From Calditrichota bacterium (GTDB lineage Bacteria > Zhuqueibacterota > JdFR-76 > BMS3Abin05): a stretch of 64,000 bases of DNA. Shown here one piece after another: positions 1 to 9,631 of this stretch (the stretch's first letter is position 1; every line of letters starts with the position of its first letter). The DNA lies in NCBI GenBank assembly GCA_013151735.1, contig JAADHR010000179.1, positions 12,656 to 76,655 of the forward strand, written 5' to 3'. A program made the translations under genes and the position numbers. The notes beneath the pieces were generated by a model that was given only the letters and a program-made list of their open reading frames with translations, was not told where the DNA came from and searched no databases.

Positions 1-864
1 CACCGGTTTTAGGGTTTTCAGGGGAAGATAGAAAATGGATTCCTCATAATAGGTTTCCAGTTTTTCGTTGGAATCCGAAATGAAAACGAGATTCTTCCCA
101 TCCGGCGTCCAGTAAACGGACCGCTCGATGGCACCGTTGCGGGTGAGCTGTTCGATTTTATTCTGCCGAAAAGTGAACCGGTAAATTTCATTATGAATAT
201 CGTCATCCCGCAAGGCCGAAGGTGCGGCGATAAAGGCAATCTGAGAATTATCCGGTGAAAGAGCAAATGACCGGATCGAGAAATGTCCGTCGATGCATGG
301 AGATTCCTTTTTCGAAGCCAGATCAATTGACCATAAGTGCACGGGCTTTACATTGTGATCCACATAATAGGCATTTCCACGTGCGGCCTTTTGAGCCTTT
401 TCATTTTTACTGAGTGAATCGGCGGCCAGAAAATAGAGGGTTTTCCCATTCACAGCCCACGCATATTGCCGGATTCCGGTGGAATGGTGGGTCAGCTGCC
501 AGGCTTCGCCGCCATTTGCCGGCATGAGAAATATCTGGGTGGACCGGTTGCGGCTGCTGAGAAATGAAATCCACCGGCCGTCGGGTGAAAATTTTGCCGC
601 CCATTCTCCCTCGCGGCTAAACGTCAGCTGGGTTGTTTTCTTTGTGGAGATTTCGACACGATAAATGTGAGAGATACGTTTATTCTGTTTCCAATCCGAT
701 TCCGACGCCTGAAATACAATCCATTTTCCATCGGGGGACTGCACGGGAGAAGACACGCGTTTAAATCTAAAAATATCCTGAAACGTCATGGGGCGCTTTT
801 GTGTCTGGGCAAAGGCCAGTATCGGCACCAGGATTAGGAGTCCGGCTTTCAATAGTCTTCGCAT
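1..864 (-). CDS. S9 family peptidase (dipeptidyl/acylaminoacyl peptidase), N-terminal part, truncated at window edge
   Basis: Manual translation from ATG at 864: MRRLLKAGLLILVPILAFAQTQKRPMTFQDIFRFKRVSSPVQSPDGKWIVF...FSPDGRWISFLSSR. Signal peptide plus TolB-like SPDG propeller repeats, paralogous to the N-terminus of 33358..35427. Absent from the ORF track because the stop lies outside the window. Confidence 0.85.
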   Translation of the reverse strand, partial: MRRLLKAGLLILVPILAFAQTQKRPMTFQDIFRFKRVSSPVQSPDGKWIVFQASESDWKQNKRISHIYRVEISTKKTTQLTFSREGEWAAKFSPDGRWISFLSSRNRSTQIFLMPANGGEAWQLTHHSTGIRQYAWAVNGKTLYFLAADSLSKNEKAQKAARGNAYYVDHNVKPVHLWSIDLASKKESPCIDGHFSIRSFALSPDNSQIAFIAAPSALRDDDIHNEIYRFTFRQNKIEQLTRNGAIERSVYWTPDGKNLVFISDSNEKLETYYEESIFYLPLKTLKPV

Positions 865-1247
865 GTGTGAGTCTCCCGAAAGGGTAAAAAATTATCTGTC
901 AAAAACTCTCTGAATAATAAAAAAGACAAAGGGCGAATTTTCCATTAATCAATTGTCTGAGCTATGTTAGCTCTTTTCTGATTTTAAAAATTAATATATT
1001 TGAATTAAAAATCAAGTTTAAATTTACAAACAAAAAGAATTAACAGAAATCTAACAATTGGTCCGATTAAAGGAAAAAGACGTTTAACACATCCCGGATT
1101 CTGCTTTCCGGGAGCCAAATCCAACAAGGAAACAGTAAAAATCAAAGACCTTGCAAGTGATCCAAAATTTTTGCATTTTATGATAATATAATGATCTTCT
1201 GGCATTTTTTGCTAACGTCTTTTTTAACGAATTGAATAATTGAATTA

Positions 1248-2594
1248 ATGGATACGTCTGAAAACATTTCGCCGCTGTTAAAATTAAGCGTTCACCGGGC
1301 CATATTTAAATTGGCCGTTCCCTCCATGGGCTCCATGCTTTTTATTACGCTTTTTGAACTGGTGGACATCTTTTGGGTGGGACATCTGGGAAAATCGGCA
1401 TTGGCAGCAATCAGTGGAAGCAGTTTCATTATTTGGGCTCTTTACGCCCTGGCGGAATTGGCGGCCTCCGGTTCTTTGGCTTTGATTTCACGGGAATTTG
1501 GGGTTCTTAATTTCAAAAAGGCTTCCTACTATGCCAATCAGGCCATTTGGCTGGTTATCCTGTTTGCGATTCCACTAACGATTCTGACGTATTTGTTTCG
1601 GTATTCACTGATTGGTTTCCTGGATTTGGAACCGGCGGTTGCGGCGCAGGCCGAAAGCTATTTACGGATTGTCTTTCTTTCCATGCTGATTATCTATTTG
1701 GTGTCTTTGTTTGATTCGTTTTTTCGTGCGGCCGGCGACACCCTTACCCCTATGGTGATTTTGATTGTGTTTGTGATCCTGAACGGTATTCTGGATCCGT
1801 TTTTTATCTTCGGCTGGTGGATTTTTCCCCGGATGGAATTGGAGGGAGCGGCGATTGCAACCGTGATTGCCCGCGTCCTTGGTGCCATTATTGCGTTTTA
1901 TTTCTTGAAAAGGAAGCATTTTCGCCTGACCTTGCTGGTGAGGCCGCTGGCTTCTGTTTTGTGGAAAATCATTAAAATCGGGTTTCCCGTTGCACTTGGG
2001 GGATTTACATTTAGTGTCGTGTATGTATTCCTTGCAAAAATTCTTTCTCATTTTGGAAGCGTCCCTTTGGCGGCTTTGGGAGTGGGCCACCGCATTGAGG
2101 GAATCGTTTATTTTGTCTGCCTGGGATTTTCGTTCTCCATTCAAACGCTGGTGGGGCAAAATCTGGGTGCCCGCCGATTGAACGAAGCTGAAAAAGCCGT
2201 GTGGTGGACCTTACTGTATGCCTCTGTTTCGGTGGTGATTTTTCTGCTTTTTTACATTTTTATTCCCGATAAGCTCATGGGCATTTTCACGTCTGATTCT
2301 GACGTTATTCGTGAAGGTGCCGCGTACCTGCGCATTATTTCGGTTTTTGAGATTTTCCTGGCCTGGGAATTGGTTTTTGAAGGTGCCTTTAGCGGGGCCG
2401 GCGATACGGTGCCGCCCATGTCAATTTCCATCCTGTTTACGCTTGCGCGTGTACCGCTGGCTTATTATCTGGCCATTCGTTTGGGATGGGGAACCCCTGG
2501 CGTCTGGTGGGCGATTGCCGTTTCCACAGGGATCAAAGGGGGGCTTATGGCGGGGTGGTTTAAAAGAGGCCGCTGGAGACTGAAGCGAATTTAA
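1248..2594 (+). CDS. MATE family efflux transporter
   Basis: 448 aa, about 12 TM segments; motifs LVDIFWVGHLG, RAAGDT, LEGAAIATV, VGQNLGA. Confidence 0.92.
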   Translation: MDTSENISPLLKLSVHRAIFKLAVPSMGSMLFITLFELVDIFWVGHLGKSALAAISGSSFIIWALYALAELAASGSLALISREFGVLNFKKASYYANQAIWLVILFAIPLTILTYLFRYSLIGFLDLEPAVAAQAESYLRIVFLSMLIIYLVSLFDSFFRAAGDTLTPMVILIVFVILNGILDPFFIFGWWIFPRMELEGAAIATVIARVLGAIIAFYFLKRKHFRLTLLVRPLASVLWKIIKIGFPVALGGFTFSVVYVFLAKILSHFGSVPLAALGVGHRIEGIVYFVCLGFSFSIQTLVGQNLGARRLNEAEKAVWWTLLYASVSVVIFLLFYIFIPDKLMGIFTSDSDVIREGAAYLRIISVFEIFLAWELVFEGAFSGAGDTVPPMSISILFTLARVPLAYYLAIRLGWGTPGVWWAIAVSTGIKGGLMAGWFKRGRWRLKRI

Positions 2595-2679
2595 TGTCCG
2601 ATTCCCCAAATAAATACTTGAAATCTCTGCCATTTCTGTCTAAATTATTTGAAAACTGACCCTAAAGTTAAAGCGCTTT

Positions 2680-5600
2680 ATGAAATCCCTTGAAAAACAA
2701 TTCATTCGAAAAATTCAAAATGTGACGTTTGCACTGGCAAAAGTGGAAACTCTGGACGAATTTGCGCGGTCTCTTGCGGATTTGTTTGTGTCCGAGTTTG
2801 GTTTCCATTCGTGCTGGATCGGATTGTGCGATTATGCCCGCATGGAGATTCTGCCCATCGCCATGTCCGGACCGGCTCAGAATTGTCTTTCGCTGGAGAG
2901 GATTCGATTTGACGATTCACCTCTGGGGCGGGGGATCATTGGCACCGTTGTGCGGGAAAAGAGACCCCAAATCTTTCAGAATATCCGGGAAAATAAGGAT
3001 TGCGGCTTTGTGCAGCAGGAAGCCCAGACAATCGGAATCGGGTCGCTGGCGGTTTTCCCTCTCATGACACGGGAAAAAACAATCGGTGTGGTCCTTTTAC
3101 GATCTCGGGAAAATGATATTTTTAGACATTTTGAAAGGGACCTTCTGGAGATTTTTCTGGGGGAAATGGCCGTCCTTATCGGTAATTTACGCCGAATGAG
3201 TTTTTTGGAGGGCCGGATGCGGGAGCAAACCGCATTAAATCTCGTAACGCAGACATTGAACTCCTCTCTGGAAAAAGATATTCCGGTTGTTCTGGATGAA
3301 ATTCTTCAGATTCTGACCAAAACAATTCCGATAAGTTTTGGAACGATCCATCTTATTCAGTTTGCCAATGATACTCTTGTTCTGATAAGTCAGAATAACA
3401 TTCCGGAGGCAATCCGCAACCGAATTAAAATCCTTCCAAAAAATAATGGCCTGTTTTGGGACATTGTGCAAAAGAGGCGTACGGCCTTCTTGAATCACCG
3501 GAAGAATCCCAATCTATTAATGAAAAATTGGCTGCAGGAATTGGAGGCAGGGGAGTACGCCATTATTCCGATTCAATTTCAAAATACGGCCTACGGGATA
3601 TTGACGGTAGGTTTTGATGCGATCAGCAATTTCCCCGAATCCAGGAAGAATTTTTTTGAAATGCTTGGCTTTCAGATTGGAATGGGACTATCAAATAGTG
3701 AAAATTTCAGAAAGGCTTCGGAAACGGCTCAACAATTGAGAATTGCCCGTGAAATAGATACGGCTATTTTGACATCCAGGAATCTCGAAGAAATTGGTGT
3801 TCAAATTACGGAAAGCCTGCAAAAATTGATTCCGGCCAAACAAATTTCTCTGGTCACGTACAACGAAAAAAGAAATCAGTTCCGTTTCGTCGCCTCGTCA
3901 CAGACCCATTCGAAAAAAGAGACTCAAAAGAATCGCATCCTGTTTAGTCCCGAAGCGTTTGAGGCTGTTTTCAAGAAAAAAAGAATATTTTACAACACGC
4001 GGATGAATCCAGCCATTCCTGAGGAGAACTATCTCTACACCCGGGGAACGCGTTCGGAGGTCATTGCCCCTTTGATTGTTCAAGAAAACGTAATCGGCAG
4101 TGTCCGTTTTGCATCGGATCGGGTCAGCGGGTTTTCGCAATCGGATATCCAATACATAAGTGAAATGGCTAAAAAGGTTTCTGTTGCCCTGTCAAACATT
4201 CAATTGTTCGAAGAGACCCAGCAAAAAGCAAAAGCGCTTGCGGAGAGAAGCCGGAATTTGGAAAATCTTCTGGTGCTTTCCCGCCAGTTAACCTCTACGT
4301 TTGAGATAAATGATATTTACAAGCATGTTGTAAAGCTTGCAAAATCAATATTTAAGGCGGATGCGGCTACGATTTTACAGCGAAATGAGTCGGGACAATT
4401 TATGGTTCGGGCAACGAGCGGTTTCCCCCGAAGTTTGGTTAATCACTTTAAACTAAATAGCCAGCATAATCTGTCTGAATTAACATTTCGCAAAAAAAGA
4501 ATAATCCAGGTCTACGATCTTCAAAAGGAAAATCGTTTTAGAGTTCCGGAAATTGTTTTGCAGAAGGGTTATCTTTCGGCCATGTCAGCACCCATTGCGA
4601 TTAAGGGAGATACCCTTGGAATTATGGTCATTCATTCGAAAAAGAAACGGCGATTTACCCGTGAAGAAAGCAGGATGTTTCAAAATATTTGCAACGAACT
4701 GGCCCTGGCTGTTGAAAATGCGAAAACCATTTTTTCCCTTCAGCAAAAGATGGAGAATTTAAAAGACATCCTGGAGATTAGCTCAAAATTTCTGGTTTCC
4801 ACGGATTTGAAAAAGATTCTGGGGGAATTGCTTGATATTATTTATGATCGCCTTCGGGTAAATGGGTGTGCCATCAGTCTTGTTTCCGATGATGAAAAAT
4901 CTTTACAGCTGATGGCCCAAAAAATTGAAAAACCCCTGTTTTCCTTTGGCGAGATTGATTCATTTTATCCCCTAAAGGATTTTGTTTTTGCTCAAAAGGC
5001 CGTTCAAGAGCGCCGGCTGGTGTATATCGAAAACATTTCAGATTATCCTGATTTAGCTGAATCAATCAGGGAGTTGCATAAAAAAATCGGGCTGGTTTCA
5101 ACGCTTGATGTACCGATGATTCACTCCAGACGCGTCTTGGGTATTCTTCATGTAAATCAGTACAAAACTGCGCGAAAATTCCAATCGGATGAGATTGAAT
5201 TTATACAAACTCTGGCCAATCAGGCGGCCATTGCCATTTTAAATGCAGAGCTCCTGTACAAGGAGCGGAAGGCTTACCAAGAGCTTCAGAAAACCCAGGA
5301 ACAACTTATTCAAGCCGAGAAGCTTTCAACCATCGGAAAATTATCGGCCGCCATTGCGCATGAAATTCGAAATCCCCTGGGGGCCATTTTAAATTCAATT
5401 GGTGTTCTGCGCCGGGACGTCCCGTTTGAAGGGGTTCATGAGGAGCTTATTCAAATTGTACTGGAAGAAACCGATCGCATTAAACAGATAATCGATGAAT
5501 TTCTGATTTTTGCACGTCCCAGAAAGCCCTCCCTGCAATATGTCAATCTGAAAAAGGAAATCAGAAACGAAACGGCGATTATTAAGAAAAATGGTGAACT

Positions 5601-5994
5601 TTTTAAAAAGATTCATTTCAGAATTTCCTGCTCAGACAACATTTTCGTTCGTGTGGATCCCCACCAGATTCGGGAGGTTTTTGAAAACGTGTTTATGAAT
5701 GCCGCACAAGCAATGAATGATGGAGGGAACATCTCCCTTTCCGTTCTGCCCAGCCGGTCGTTGCAGAAGGTGACGATTATTATTTCGGATACGGGAAGCG
5801 GGATTCCTCAAAAAATAATTGACCATGTGTTTGAACCATTTTTTTCTACAAAAAACAATGGCACAGGTTTGGGATTACCCATTGTAAAGCGGATTGTGGA
5901 GGATCATTCGGGAACAATTGATATAAAAAGCGTTTCCGGAAAAGGCACCCAAGTTATTATTACGTTACCCTGGGAAGATGATCAAAAGAATTAG
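2680..5994 (+). CDS. Cytoplasmic multi-GAF (about 5) sensor histidine kinase
   Basis: Repeated GAF ends (PL..GV/GI...F...L..LA.Q.A.A..NA); H-box AHEIRNPL, N-box, DTGSGI, PFFSTK, GTGLGL; no TM segment. Confidence 0.93.
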   Translation: MKSLEKQFIRKIQNVTFALAKVETLDEFARSLADLFVSEFGFHSCWIGLCDYARMEILPIAMSGPAQNCLSLERIRFDDSPLGRGIIGTVVREKRPQIFQNIRENKDCGFVQQEAQTIGIGSLAVFPLMTREKTIGVVLLRSRENDIFRHFERDLLEIFLGEMAVLIGNLRRMSFLEGRMREQTALNLVTQTLNSSLEKDIPVVLDEILQILTKTIPISFGTIHLIQFANDTLVLISQNNIPEAIRNRIKILPKNNGLFWDIVQKRRTAFLNHRKNPNLLMKNWLQELEAGEYAIIPIQFQNTAYGILTVGFDAISNFPESRKNFFEMLGFQIGMGLSNSENFRKASETAQQLRIAREIDTAILTSRNLEEIGVQITESLQKLIPAKQISLVTYNEKRNQFRFVASSQTHSKKETQKNRILFSPEAFEAVFKKKRIFYNTRMNPAIPEENYLYTRGTRSEVIAPLIVQENVIGSVRFASDRVSGFSQSDIQYISEMAKKVSVALSNIQLFEETQQKAKALAERSRNLENLLVLSRQLTSTFEINDIYKHVVKLAKSIFKADAATILQRNESGQFMVRATSGFPRSLVNHFKLNSQHNLSELTFRKKRIIQVYDLQKENRFRVPEIVLQKGYLSAMSAPIAIKGDTLGIMVIHSKKKRRFTREESRMFQNICNELALAVENAKTIFSLQQKMENLKDILEISSKFLVSTDLKKILGELLDIIYDRLRVNGCAISLVSDDEKSLQLMAQKIEKPLFSFGEIDSFYPLKDFVFAQKAVQERRLVYIENISDYPDLAESIRELHKKIGLVSTLDVPMIHSRRVLGILHVNQYKTARKFQSDEIEFIQTLANQAAIAILNAELLYKERKAYQELQKTQEQLIQAEKLSTIGKLSAAIAHEIRNPLGAILNSIGVLRRDVPFEGVHEELIQIVLEETDRIKQIIDEFLIFARPRKPSLQYVNLKKEIRNETAIIKKNGELFKKIHFRISCSDNIFVRVDPHQIREVFENVFMNAAQAMNDGGNISLSVLPSRSLQKVTIIISDTGSGIPQKIIDHVFEPFFSTKNNGTGLGLPIVKRIVEDHSGTIDIKSVSGKGTQVIITLPWEDDQKN

Positions 5995-6030
5995 AAATTA
6001 TTGAAACCACGGAAGGAATGAGAATAAGGA

Positions 6031-7395
6031 ATGTCGAAAGTCTTAATTATTGAAGATGAAAAAAACCTTCGCCGGAGTCTTGCCATTACACTTCAAATGG
6101 ATAATCACCACGTTATCGAAGAGGGCACGGGTGAAAAGGGAATTGAATACCTGAAAACGAATCCCGTGGATTTGGTGATAACGGATCTTCGCCTTCCCGG
6201 AATGGATGGAATAGAGGTTCTGCAGCAAATTAAGCTGATTAATCGGGACACCGAAGTCATTGTGATGACCGCATTTGGGACTATTGAAAATGCCGTCAAA
6301 GCGATGCAAATGGGGGCTTTCGATTACGTGTCGAAACCCTTTCACGAAGACGAATTTCGGGTCAAGGTTCAGCGGGCACTGGAAAAAGCGGAACTGCGGC
6401 ACAAGGTTCGGAATCTGGAAAAAATAGTTCAGCATCACATCGGTTTTCAGAATATTGTCACGGTAAGTCCGGTTATGAAAAAAATATTGTCCCAGGTCCA
6501 GGCGATTGCTCCGACCGACAGCACCATTTATATTGGGGGAGAAAGTGGTACGGGCAAGGAATTGATTGCGTCCGCCATTCACCGGTTGAGCCGCCGAAAA
6601 GATAAAGCCTTTATTCCGGTTAATTGCGGAGCTATTCCCGAAAACCTCCTGGAAAGTGAATTATTCGGTCATGTCAGGGGGGCTTTTACAGGTGCCATTT
6701 CTGATAAAAAAGGGCTTATTGAACAGGCTGATGGAGGGACGCTTTTTCTGGATGAAATAGGAGAGGCCTCGCCGGGGGTGCAGGTGCGTTTGCTTCGGTT
6801 TTTGGAAAATGGGGAAATCAGACGTGTGGGCGGCACGAGCGTGCATTATGCGGATGTCCGGTTAATAACCGCAACCAATCGTAATTTGGAAGAGGCCGTT
6901 CGAAACGGAAAATTCCGGGAGGATCTGTTCTATCGCATTCATGTGATTCCCCTTTATTTGCCTCCGCTTCGGGAACGGAAAGAAGATATTCCTGTATTGG
7001 CCCATTATTTTATGAAAAAGTACAGCAAACGCTTTCATAAGCCGCTGACGCATATCGAGGCGGATGTATTTAACGTTCTTTTGTCTCATTCCTGGAGCGG
7101 AAATGTGCGGGAATTGGAAAATGTGATGGAATATGCCTGCACCTTCGCCACATCATCCAAAATTACGGTGGAAAACTTGCCGCAAACATTGAAAAAGCCG
7201 GTTTGGCAGGAAATTGAAAAAAACGGCCGGAATAATAGAAGTCTTGAAGAAGTTGAACGGTGTTATATTTTACATGTTCTTGAAAAAAACAATTGGCATC
7301 AAAAAAAGGCCTGCCATATTTTGGGCATTTCAAAAACAACCCTGTACCGTCGCCTGAAAGAATATGGGGTCTCTCCGCAAAAATTAAAATCCTGA
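6031..7395 (+). CDS. Sigma54-dependent response regulator (NtrC/AtoC/ZraR type)
   Basis: Receiver domain, GESGTGKEL, GAFTGA, FLDEIG, Fis-type HTH (LGISKTTLYRRL). Confidence 0.96.
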   Translation: MSKVLIIEDEKNLRRSLAITLQMDNHHVIEEGTGEKGIEYLKTNPVDLVITDLRLPGMDGIEVLQQIKLINRDTEVIVMTAFGTIENAVKAMQMGAFDYVSKPFHEDEFRVKVQRALEKAELRHKVRNLEKIVQHHIGFQNIVTVSPVMKKILSQVQAIAPTDSTIYIGGESGTGKELIASAIHRLSRRKDKAFIPVNCGAIPENLLESELFGHVRGAFTGAISDKKGLIEQADGGTLFLDEIGEASPGVQVRLLRFLENGEIRRVGGTSVHYADVRLITATNRNLEEAVRNGKFREDLFYRIHVIPLYLPPLRERKEDIPVLAHYFMKKYSKRFHKPLTHIEADVFNVLLSHSWSGNVRELENVMEYACTFATSSKITVENLPQTLKKPVWQEIEKNGRNNRSLEEVERCYILHVLEKNNWHQKKACHILGISKTTLYRRLKEYGVSPQKLKS

Positions 7396-7398
7396 AAC

Positions 7399-7436
7399 GT
7401 TTCAAAATGAACCCACGGTCTATTTCATATTGAACT
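7399..7436. promoter_or_regulatory. Tandem palindromic enhancer candidate, TTCA-N3-TGAA x2
   Basis: TTCAaaaTGAA at 7401-7411 and TTCAtatTGAA at 7424-7434, 23 bp apart, about 100-130 bp upstream of a sigma54 promoter and immediately after the bEBP gene. Confidence 0.55.
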
Positions 7437-7532
7437 ATCCGGGGAAATTGTTGTGCCATGACGGCATCCTTTGGAACCCCATATTGTCTTAACATCAATA
7501 GAAATAATGTGATTCTTGCTCTCCTGGTTTTT

Positions 7533-7547
7533 TGGCACGCGAATTGT
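7533..7547 (+). promoter_or_regulatory. Sigma54 -24/-12 promoter
   Basis: TGGCACGCGAATTGT: GG(7534-35)-N10-GT(7546-47), versus consensus TGGCACG-N4-TTGC. Confidence 0.8.
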
Positions 7548-7559
7548 ATAATAGATTAG

Positions 7560-7690
7560 AAAAGAGGGCTGCTGCACAATTTTGTGGTGGGTCAAAAAAA
7601 GCCTCCTTTATTGTGTGGTGAGTGGTGTGTGACGAGGAATAATAAAGGTCGTGTGAGGTGTGGCTAAGCAGCAGCCTTCTTGTTTTTTAT
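7560..7690 (+). ncRNA. Candidate sigma54-dependent structured sRNA or leader RNA
   Basis: 14-bp closing stem 7562-7575/7668-7681 (one G:U), inner stem 7605-7614/7639-7648, repeated GUGUGG/GUGGUG motifs and a 3' U-tract; starts at the predicted sigma54 +1. Confidence 0.55.
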
Positions 7691-7712
7691 GATTGATTGA
7701 AGGTGTGAGAGA

Positions 7713-8081
7713 GTGTTGAAGCGGATTTTGGTGGTTGATGGCGACGATAATTTTCGGCGTTCTTTGCGAATTGAATTGGAAGAGAAGGGCTACCTTGTTG
7801 AAGAAGTTAGCTCCTATTTAGAGGCTGAGAAGACGCTTGCCAATCGCTCGTTTGACTATGTTCTTATTGATATCGAACCCATTTTGCAGGAAGGAATCGA
7901 GCTGGCCGAGTTTATTATGCTGGCCTATCCGGAAACGAATGTTGCGTTTATGTCGTCGTATAATTATTCGGAGTTCTATTCAGACACTTTCTTAATGAGT
8001 AAAACCCCGTTTTTCGTAAAACCTTTTGATGTTTTGGAGTTGACAAAAATATTGAGTTCACTTGAAATAATTGAACACTAA
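7713..8081 (+). CDS. Single-domain response regulator (CheY-like receiver)
   Basis: ILVVDGDD...VLIDI...FFVKPFD. Confidence 0.85.
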   Translation: MLKRILVVDGDDNFRRSLRIELEEKGYLVEEVSSYLEAEKTLANRSFDYVLIDIEPILQEGIELAEFIMLAYPETNVAFMSSYNYSEFYSDTFLMSKTPFFVKPFDVLELTKILSSLEIIEH

Positions 8082-8109
8082 AGATTTCCCCTAACCCAAC
8101 CAACCCAAT

Positions 8110-8149
8110 GAGCCAGGGCAGATTCGTTCTCCCTGGCTTTTTGGTTTTT
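8110..8149. terminator. Intrinsic terminator between convergent genes
   Basis: GAGCCAGGG...CCCTGGCTT followed by a T-tract. Confidence 0.6.
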
Positions 8150-8175
8150 ATTAGCTGCTGTTATGCTCGCAGATT

Positions 8176-8589
8176 TTATTCCCCCATGACCTTTATAATG
8201 ACCCGTTTTCTTCGCTGGCCGTCAAATTCCGCATAATAAACCTGTTGCCATGGGCCGAAATCAAGCCGCCCATCCGTTACAGGAATAATGACCTGATGAT
8301 GGACCAAAAGACTCTTAAGGTGCGCATCTCCATTGGTTTCGCCCGTTCGGTGGTGCCGGTAATCCGCACGATAGGGGGCAAGGCCTTCTAACCATTGATC
8401 AATGTCCTGAATAAGTCCGGATTCTGCATCGTTGACATAAACACCGGCCGTAATGTGCATGGCCGAAACGAGAATCATGCCCTCCCGAATTCCGCTTTTT
8501 TGCAAGGCTTCTTCCACCTGGGGTGTAATATTTATGTATTCCCGATGCTTTTTTGTTTGAAACCAGAGATATTCCGTGTGAAACTTCAT
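8176..8589 (-). CDS. yjbQ: YjbQ/UPF0047 secondary thiamine-phosphate synthase family protein
   Basis: [36 protein letters not shown]. Confidence 0.92.
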   Translation of the reverse strand: MKFHTEYLWFQTKKHREYINITPQVEEALQKSGIREGMILVSAMHITAGVYVNDAESGLIQDIDQWLEGLAPYRADYRHHRTGETNGDAHLKSLLVHHQVIIPVTDGRLDFGPWQQVYYAEFDGQRRKRVIIKVMGE

Positions 8590-8840
8590 AATCAGCCTCC
8601 TGTAAATTATTTAGCGTTTACCCAACGGTTTCGAATGACGTTCAAATAGCGGATTATTTTAATTGTAATAACCTTCGTAACTTAGGGCCCTCGTGGCAAA
8701 AATTTATGAATAATGCAGGTTAAAATCAAGGCAAATATTTTTCTTGTATCTTTTCGACAAATTACTTAAATTAGCACCCGATTACAGGACGACGCATTCC
8801 AAAGAGGGTCTGTTGAAAGATGTACAGGGAGAAGGAAAAA

Positions 8841-9572
8841 ATGGACGTACTTATTTTTGATTCAAAAGAAGAGATGGGGAAAGAAGCGGCCCAAAAGGGG
8901 GCTGACTTCATCCGGGATGCCATTGCTGAAAAGGGCGAGGCAAATATTATTCTGGCGACGGGTGCCTCCCAGTTTGAAATGCTTTCGTTTTTGGTTCAGG
9001 AAGATGTCGATTGGACCAGGGTTACCGCCTTTCATCTGGATGAGTATATTGGTTTGTCCGCTTCGCATCCGGCGTCCTTTCGGAAATACCTGAAAGAGCG
9101 ATTTGCCGATAAGGTCCCGATTAAAAAATTCCATTATGTCAATGGCGAGGGGAACCCGGAAGAAGAATGCAAACGACTGGGAGAAATCATTTCGAAACAC
9201 CCAATCGATGTTGCGTTCGTGGGGATTGGGGAAAACGGGCATTTGGCCTTTAATGATCCCCCTGCAGATTTTGAAACGGAAGAACCCTACATTATCGTAA
9301 ATTTGGATGATGAGTGCCGGCGCCAGCAACTGGGTGAGGGGTGGTTTGCTTCTCTGGATGACGTTCCCCGACAGGCCATCAGCATGTCGATCCGGCAGAT
9401 TTTAAAATCGAAAGCCATTATTTGTACAGTTCCCGATTTGCGAAAAGCGGAGGCCGTGAAGAAAACCCTTGAAGGGCCCATTACAAACCGCGTTCCGGCT
9501 TCCATTCTGCGGCAACATCCTCAGGCCTTTCTTTTTCTGGATAAAAATTCGGCCTCGCTTTTAACCGTTTAA
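8841..9572 (+). CDS. nagB: Glucosamine-6-phosphate deaminase
   Basis: [32 protein letters not shown]; start moved to ATG 8841 behind AAGGA. Confidence 0.88.
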   Translation: MDVLIFDSKEEMGKEAAQKGADFIRDAIAEKGEANIILATGASQFEMLSFLVQEDVDWTRVTAFHLDEYIGLSASHPASFRKYLKERFADKVPIKKFHYVNGEGNPEEECKRLGEIISKHPIDVAFVGIGENGHLAFNDPPADFETEEPYIIVNLDDECRRQQLGEGWFASLDDVPRQAISMSIRQILKSKAIICTVPDLRKAEAVKKTLEGPITNRVPASILRQHPQAFLFLDKNSASLLTV

Positions 9573-9631
9573 TGCGTGGCCCGTATGGCGGCAGTAAGTC
9601 GTGGTTCTGTTGAATAAATGGGTGGTTTTAA

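Noticed and set aside
18..664. Short ORFs 18..326, 407..604 and 479..664
   Set aside because: They are alternative frames or antisense to the truncated S9 peptidase at 1..864 (-).
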